A stretch of DNA of 64,000 nucleotides from a virus: positions 32,001-96,000 of IMG/VR virus record IMGVR_UViG_3300045988_001753; one strand, given 5' to 3'. The notes under the pieces are model-generated. The model ran no database searches, was not told the DNA's origin, and saw nothing but the letters and a program-made list of their open reading frames with translations. Position numbers and translations under genes: made by a program. Positions 60,533 to 64,000 of the stretch are shown piece by piece. Each line of letters begins with the position of its first letter. Within the stretch, counting starts at the first letter, position 1.

Positions 60533-60640
60533 AAACACCAAATCATTGATTACTTCTCCTTATTGCACTCAGAGAACTTTCAGAAATGATGGCATCAAGT
60601 ATTGCAAGCTACTTGACTGAACTTCTTGCAAAAGTTCTTG

Positions 60641-60714
60641 CGGGGAAGGTAGGACTCGAACCTACTCTCTTCTGATTAACAGTCAGTAGCTTGTACCATA
60701 TAAGCTCCATCCCC
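60641..60714 (-). tRNA. tRNA-Asn(GTT)
   Basis: Acceptor GGGGATG/CTTCCCC (T6-T67 mismatch) with discriminator G. Anticodon arm ACTGA-CTGTTAA-TCAGA. T arm GTAGG-TTCGAGT-CCTAC. Confidence 0.8.
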
Positions 60715-60720
60715 ATTATG

Positions 60721-60793
60721 TTGCTCCTATTGGATTTGAACCAATGACCTCTTGGATGTAAGCCAAGCATTCTTACCACTGAACTAAGGAGCA
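60721..60793 (-). tRNA. tRNA-Val(TAC)
   Basis: Acceptor TGCTCCT/AGGAGCA. Anticodon arm CTTGG-CTTACAT-CCAAG. T arm ATTGG-TTCAAAT-CCAAT. Confidence 0.85.
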
Positions 60794-60879
60794 TTGATAG
60801 GGCAGTTTCTTTAACCTCTAACTGCCCAAAAGAGGGTTCAAGCAAAAGCTCAACATTATGAAAACATGAAAACATAGTG

Positions 60880-60953
60880 TGGAGAATGAGGGACTTGAAC
60901 CCTGAACTCCTCCTTGCAAGGGAGGTGTGTTAGCCAATTACACCACAAACCCC
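60880..60953 (-). tRNA. tRNA-Ala(TGC), imperfect acceptor stem
   Basis: Anticodon arm CCTCC-CTTGCAA-GGAGG. T loop TTCAAGT. Acceptor GGGGTTT/ATTCTCC gives G3-T70 and A73 (Ala identity) but has two T-T mismatches and an extra nucleotide before the D stem. Confidence 0.65.
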
Positions 60954-60958
60954 ATTAG

Positions 60959-61031
60959 TATAGTAGACAGGACTCGAACCTGCATCCTCTGCATCCCAAA
61001 TGCAGTGCCCCACCAATTAGGCTACTACTAT
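60959..61031 (-). tRNA. tRNA-Pro(TGG)
   Basis: Acceptor ATAGTAG/CTACTAT. Anticodon arm CTGCA-TTTGGGA-TGCAG. T arm GCAGG-TTCGAGT-CCTGT. Confidence 0.85.
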
Positions 61032-61037
61032 ATATTG

Positions 61038-61123
61038 CGGAGAGCAGTGTACTTGAAACACATACCATTACTGGTACAATCTGTTTAGCAGACAGTCCCT
61101 AAGACCTCTTAGGTTTACTCTCC
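61038..61123 (-). tRNA. tRNA-Ser(GCT), canonical type II
   Basis: Acceptor GGAGAGT/GCTCTCC with discriminator G. Anticodon arm ACTGT-CTGCTAA-ACAGA. Long variable arm with stem TACCA/TGGTA. T loop TTCAAGT. Confidence 0.85.
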
Positions 61124-61162
61124 ATTTTCCTTCACCAATATGTCAAAGAACACCTATTATTG

Positions 61163-61247
61163 CGGAGAGATGAGGTCCCGACCCCCAAGCATTTTACTGC
61201 TCAATCTGTTTTCAAGACAGTTCCCAGTCCCACTGAGTTACCTCTCC
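61163..61247 (-). tRNA. tRNA-Ser(TGA), type II
   Basis: Acceptor GGAGAGG/TCTCTCC with discriminator G. Anticodon arm ACTGT-CTTGAAA-ACAGA. Long variable arm with stem GAGCA/TGCTT. Unusual T loop GTCGGGA. Confidence 0.8.
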
Positions 61248-61301
61248 ATTTGCCTACCTACCTCTGTAGGATAGGACTTCAGTAGATTAAAAGTGGATTA
61301 G

Positions 61302-61374
61302 CAGGATGTGGGGGAATTGAACCCCAATCTCCTGATTGACAGTCAGGCACATTAACCACTATGCTACACACCCT
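61302..61374 (-). tRNA. tRNA-Asp(GTC)
   Basis: Anticodon arm CCTGA-CTGTCAA-TCAGG. D stem GCAT/ATGT. T loop TTCAATT. The acceptor register is ambiguous by 1 nt (AGGGTGT/ACATCCT or GGGTGTG/CACATCC). Confidence 0.75.
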
Positions 61375-61380
61375 AAGTTG

Positions 61381-61452
61381 TAGAGCTATTGGGAATTGAA
61401 CCCAAATTTCTGCCTTGAGAGGGCAGTTACCTAACCATTAGTAGATAGCTCC
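61381..61452 (-). tRNA. tRNA-Glu(CTC)
   Basis: Acceptor GGAGCTA/TAGCTCT. Anticodon arm CTGCC-CTCTCAA-GGCAG. T arm TTGGG-TTCAATT-CCCAA. Confidence 0.85.
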
Positions 61453-61458
61453 ATATTG

Positions 61459-61532
61459 TATTGGGTATGGGACTCGAACCCATAATCTCCACATTGAAAG
61501 TGTGGTGACTTAACCACTTCGTCTAACCCAAC
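61459..61532 (-). tRNA. tRNA-Glu(TTC)
   Basis: Acceptor GTTGGGT/ACCCAAT. Anticodon arm CCACA-CTTTCAA-TGTGG. T arm ATGGG-TTCGAGT-CCCAT. Confidence 0.85.
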
Positions 61533-61538
61533 ATTTAG

Positions 61539-61610
61539 TACCCCCTATAGGAATCGAACCTATATTCTAAGTTTAGAAGACTCATGTACTATCCATTGTA
61601 CTAAGAGGGC
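61539..61610 (-). tRNA. tRNA-Arg(TCT)
   Basis: Acceptor GCCCTCT/AGGGGGT. Anticodon arm TGAGT-CTTCTAA-ACTTA. T arm ATAGG-TTCGATT-CCTAT. Confidence 0.85.
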
Positions 61611-61627
61611 ATCTTCTCTATTACTTG

Positions 61628-61700
61628 TTACCCCAATAGGACTTGAACCTATATTATGAGAGCCAAAATCTCATGTGATGACCAGTTACACTATGGGGCA
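61628..61700 (-). tRNA. tRNA-Gln(TTG), first tRNA of the array
   Basis: Acceptor TGCCCCA/TGGGGTA. Anticodon arm TGAGA-TTTTGGC-TCTCA. T arm ATAGG-TTCAAGT-CCTAT. Confidence 0.85.
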
Positions 61701-61747
61701 ATAAAAAAGGAATGTTACCTTAAACAACTGGTTAAAGTAACATTCCT
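61701..61747 (-). terminator. terminator-like hairpin plus T6 in the leader of the tRNA array
   Basis: Minus strand stem AGGAATGTTAC / GTAACATTCCT (11 bp) followed by TTTTTTAT. The T tract ends 1 nt before the 5' end of tRNA-Gln. Confidence 0.65.
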
Positions 61748-61791
61748 AATAAATGGAAATTTCCTAAAACCAATTTTCCTTAATTGCACTG

Positions 61792-61822
61792 CAAAGGTAA
61801 GCAAAATATTTGAATTGTGCAA
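61792..61822 (-). promoter_or_regulatory. Bacteroidota-type promoter (TTG-N20-TAnnTTTG) upstream of the tRNA array
   Basis: Minus strand reads TTG-cacaattcaaatattttgct-TAccTTTG, ending 91 nt before tRNA-Gln. The spacer is nearly identical to that of promoter 26047-26077. Confidence 0.7.
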
Positions 61823-61912
61823 GCTTTTCTCCAATTATTTTCAATTCAAGTATCATTTTCTTGTCTTGAAGGAGTAAAGTTAGGCTTGATTTTAGGTCTT
61901 ATCTATATTCTT

Positions 61913-62314
61913 TCAAGTAATTCCTACTAACTTGTTAGCCCAAGATTCAGTATAAAAACTGTAATAGTTCCATTTAATTCCTATCTTACTACACAGATAA
62001 TGTACTATGTTATGTAGTAGTGATGGGATTCCTATTACTATCAAATATAGTGGACCTAATATATCAGATTGCTTACTATGACCACATTCATGTTGAATGG
62101 ATTTTTGTGATGACATAGGATTCACAAAGAGATAATCTCCTAAAGACATAGCTGAAGGTAGAGTACTATTCACTATAATAGTATTACCATCTGCCTTACC
62201 TTCTCTATATGCAGCTTGGCACAATACACCCTCTATACATAGAGCAAGCATATTCTGTGGAAACTGCCATAACCATTTAATAGAATCCTTAATGTAATTA
62301 CCTATCTTCTTCAT
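61913..62314 (-). CDS. small HExxH zinc-metallopeptidase-like protein
   Basis: 133 aa. SIQHECGHSKQSDILGPLYLIVIGIPSL contains an HExxH motif followed by a hydrophobic segment. Confidence 0.5.
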   Translation of the reverse strand: MKKIGNYIKDSIKWLWQFPQNMLALCIEGVLCQAAYREGKADGNTIIVNSTLPSAMSLGDYLFVNPMSSQKSIQHECGHSKQSDILGPLYLIVIGIPSLLHNIVHYLCSKIGIKWNYYSFYTESWANKLVGIT

Positions 62315-62612
62315 TCTTGTATATAGTAATATCCCTGAAGCTTTGTTATGGCTTCATAAGAGTTATTTCTAATCTCCTTTTAACTACTAACTTCATTAGA
62401 CCAGTTCTTGATTATACCCCTATAGCATGATTCCCTGTGCCTTTTCTCAGGTGGATGTGCCCATGCAATCTAATTTATATAGTAGCAATTTTAGTAGTAT
62501 TGGGGACAACCTCCTCTCTATGTAAGTGTGAGAGTACTAACCCAACTTCTAACCCATTACTTTTTAACCTCATGGGTGAAAGGTTAATCCACCATTAACC
62601 TCTACTGGGATG

Positions 62613-62643
62613 CAAAGGTAGATAAAAGTTTTGATATATGCAA
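62613..62643 (-). promoter_or_regulatory. Bacteroidota-type promoter (TTG-N20-TAnnTTTG) with ~300-nt leader
   Basis: Minus strand reads TTG-catatatcaaaacttttatc-TAccTTTG. The next long-ORF start (62314) is 298 nt downstream. Confidence 0.65.
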
Positions 62644-62712
62644 ATATATAAATGAAAAATTTATAGGAAAAATAATTTTCTCTTTTTTTTTTACTGCTTT
62701 TCTCCACCTTTC

Positions 62713-62739
62713 TAATTAGTATAGGGGTGATTTTGACCC
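62713..62739 (-). repeat. 27-nt repeat copy 2 (GGGTCAAAATCACCCCTATACTAATTA on minus strand)
   Basis: 25/27 identical to 14729-14755, in inverted orientation. Confidence 0.85.
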
Positions 62740-62755
62740 CCCCCTTATCCACTTT

Positions 62756-62783
62756 CTAATTTTTTTTTTCTAATTTTTTTTTT
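62756..62783 (+). repeat. tandem CTAA-T10 repeat (2 copies)
   Basis: CTAATTTTTTTTTT occurs twice in direct tandem. A third T10 tract lies at 62683-62692. Confidence 0.9.
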
Positions 62784-62834
62784 CTGTGATATTTTTATGA
62801 GTGGTAGTTACACCAACCACACCCTCCCCATCAC

Positions 62835-62866
62835 TTAGCCCAAGGGGGTCCTACCCCCGTAGCTAA
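62835..62866 (+). promoter_or_regulatory. GC-rich extended hairpin upstream of gene 62904
   Basis: TTAGC-ccaa-GGGGGT-cct-ACCCCC-gta-GCTAA, 38 nt before ATG 62904. Stands out in an AT-rich intergenic region. Function unknown. Confidence 0.4.
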
Positions 62867-62903
62867 AACAATTTTATTATTAACAATTTAACATTTTACC
62901 ATT

Positions 62904-63164
62904 ATGGAAAAGAATCTTATTTTCAATGACACTCTGACAGTAGAGCAGTTCAAGGCACAAATGAATGTATCACGCATTGATGTGAAGAAGAATCCTAAGA
63001 CAGGCAAGCTCTTCTTCACCTATGGTGCAAAGACAGGTGCAGTTGCAGTCAAAGGCATTCCAGCTCATCCTATGCTCAGCAATGTCACAGGCTCTGATGG
63101 TTCAAGCTTCTGGCTTCTGCATGAGGAAGGTCAGGGAGGTGCACCTGTATTGGCAAGCTTCTAA
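62904..63164 (+). CDS. hypothetical small protein (possible early gene)
   Basis: 86-aa ORF, divergent from the late/tRNA strand and followed by a hairpin terminator. No consensus TTG-N20-TAnnTTTG promoter lies upstream. Confidence 0.55.
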   Translation: MEKNLIFNDTLTVEQFKAQMNVSRIDVKKNPKTGKLFFTYGAKTGAVAVKGIPAHPMLSNVTGSDGSSFWLLHEEGQGGAPVLASF

Positions 63165-63170
63165 GGGATT

Positions 63171-63200
63171 GCAGGCTTTATGCCTGCTTTCCTTTTTATT
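63171..63200 (+). terminator. rho-independent terminator
   Basis: Stem GCAGGC / GCCTGC with loop TTTAT, followed by TTTCCTTTTTATTT. Confidence 0.7.
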
Positions 63201-64000
63201 TCCTCTAAGCATTAATAGTGTTTAATCCTTTGAACATTAATAGTTTTTATGTGTAAAGGTTATATGAGTAAGCATTAATATGCTCTTAGTATAACTCTAA
63301 GATATGTTACACATTATATTATATGTAATAGGATTTAACTTTGTCAATGTATAGAGTGAGATGAAATATGCTCTACTTACATCTCTTCCTGACAAGAGGA
63401 TTAGAAAGGTAAGTAGAGTATTTAGAAGTTTAGTGCATTGAGTAAGTAGGATAGGATAATAGAGTGTGGAATACACTTTATGTCCTATCTTCCTTGTTTT
63501 GTGTTGAAATGTAACTTGTTGATTTATTGAGAGTTAATAGTATGGACTGACATATTGTCAGATGTGTGACATTATGACACACCCCCACAAATACCTCTCA
63601 TCATAATCAACAATTAGTAGAACAATCATCCAATAATGTATGACTGTTTTTACTGTTACAGTTTATATGCAAAACTACACTCTAACAAGCAAACAATCAA
63701 ACAAACACATATTAATTGTTGTTAAATGTCTTCAATTGAGTACCAATAATATTGGGAGTGCTACTGAAATTGCATCATAGAAGTAAAGATACATACACCC
63801 ATAAGGACTGTGTGAGGTTGAAAAGAGTGATTTCATCACCCAGAATATACACCAATAGCTTAGTGAGTATGAAGGAATAGGCTCAACTTAGAACTATGAT
63901 AAGAGTAAGAAGGTTATAAGAAACTAAATATATTTAGGTCAGAATTAAGGCATATCAAAGACAGCAACTAATATTTTAGATGATTTAGGAATTAGAGAGT

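Noticed and set aside
60800-60827. 8-bp hairpin GGGCAGTT...AACTGCCC between tRNA-Val and tRNA-Ala as a terminator or extra tRNA.
   Set aside because: No T tract follows on either strand and no cloverleaf can be drawn around it. It is probably just a spacer or processing hairpin, with too little evidence to call.
57539-61700. Suppressor tRNAs or stop-codon recoding (TAG or TGA reassignment, known in some crAss-like lineages).
   Set aside because: All 29 anticodons were read. None is CTA, TCA or TTA. ORFs of 2490, 2353, 1623, 1537 and 1351 aa are uninterrupted in the standard code, so there is no evidence of recoding in this window.
62420-62470. Possible TPP riboswitch in the 300-nt leader (CUGAGA and a CUGGUCUAAUG string reminiscent of the thi-box).
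   Set aside because: The pairing partners required by the thi-box are absent: no GGGG...ACCC P2 closure after CUGAGA, and no GCCAGCG. The resemblance is limited to short strings, so it is kept only as an unclassified structured leader.
62570-62752. 60-aa minus-strand ORF spanning the promoter at 62613-62643.
   Set aside because: It covers the promoter, a T10 tract and the 27-nt repeat. Its translation is Lys/Phe/Ile low-complexity, and it would have to start upstream of the only plausible promoter.
63022-63225. 67-aa alternative-frame ORF overlapping gene 62904-63164.
   Set aside because: It lies almost entirely within the longer ORF in another frame and runs through that gene's terminator hairpin.
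1-64000. CRISPR arrays, rRNA genes, transposases/IS elements and integrated-prophage borders.
   Set aside because: No regularly spaced direct repeats, no rRNA-like conserved segments and no transposase or integrase motifs were found. The only repeats are the short elements listed under features.

Overview
The window looks like a contiguous piece of a crAss-like (Crassvirales) podophage genome from a Bacteroidota host. It is AT-rich, densely coding and uninterrupted under the standard genetic code. All calls come from reading the ORF track and the raw sequence. No homology search, HMM or tRNA-finder was run, so functions rest on motifs and synteny recalled from memory, and tRNA ends are good to about +/-2 nt.

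Layout:
1. 1-3017 (+): tail of a nucleotide-metabolism/replication block with an AEP/PrimPol-like protein, a CGPC thioredoxin and ThyX.
2. 3129-14660 (+): two giant genes. The 2490-aa one carries a DFDVD two-barrel RNA polymerase metal-binding motif, consistent with a virion RNAP.
3. 14805-57524 (-): a 43-kb late block converging on the RNAP block.
   - It starts with a 2353-aa polyvalent-type protein carrying a RecB/Cas4-like PD-(D/E)xK nuclease and a C-terminal HExxH zincin, two cargo-like proteins and a 1623-aa tail protein.
   - A free-standing GIY-YIG homing endonuclease follows, then head genes including a putative MCP and scaffold.
   - Next come a lysis cassette, a 1537-aa tail fibre with an internal duplication and a C-terminal SGNH esterase, portal, TerL, a GroES-like protein, a DUF4406-like protein and small DNA-binding proteins.
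4. 57539-61700 (-): an array of 29 tRNAs covering all 20 amino acids, with no suppressor anticodon. It is interrupted by an HNH endonuclease, a Dps-like gene and a small 2-TM protein.
5. 61701-64000: a small HExxH protein behind a ~300-nt leader, a divergent T10-tract/GC-hairpin control region, one small + strand gene and 836 nt with no ORF.

Ten promoters fit TTG-N20-TAnnTTTG exactly, the Bacteroides sigma-A type. A family of AAGGG...CCCTT hairpin terminators then splits the late strand into transcription units.

Most interesting items:
- the nuclease+zincin giant virion protein;
- two non-canonical tRNAs: a type-I tRNA with a GCU anticodon, and an initiator-like tRNA(CAU) with a 20-nt variable arm;
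- a terminator-like hairpin between the array promoter and the first tRNA;
- a 27-nt repeat with GGGGT/ACCCC mini-hairpins found only at the two strand-switch regions;
- a promoter-driven ~300-nt non-coding leader.
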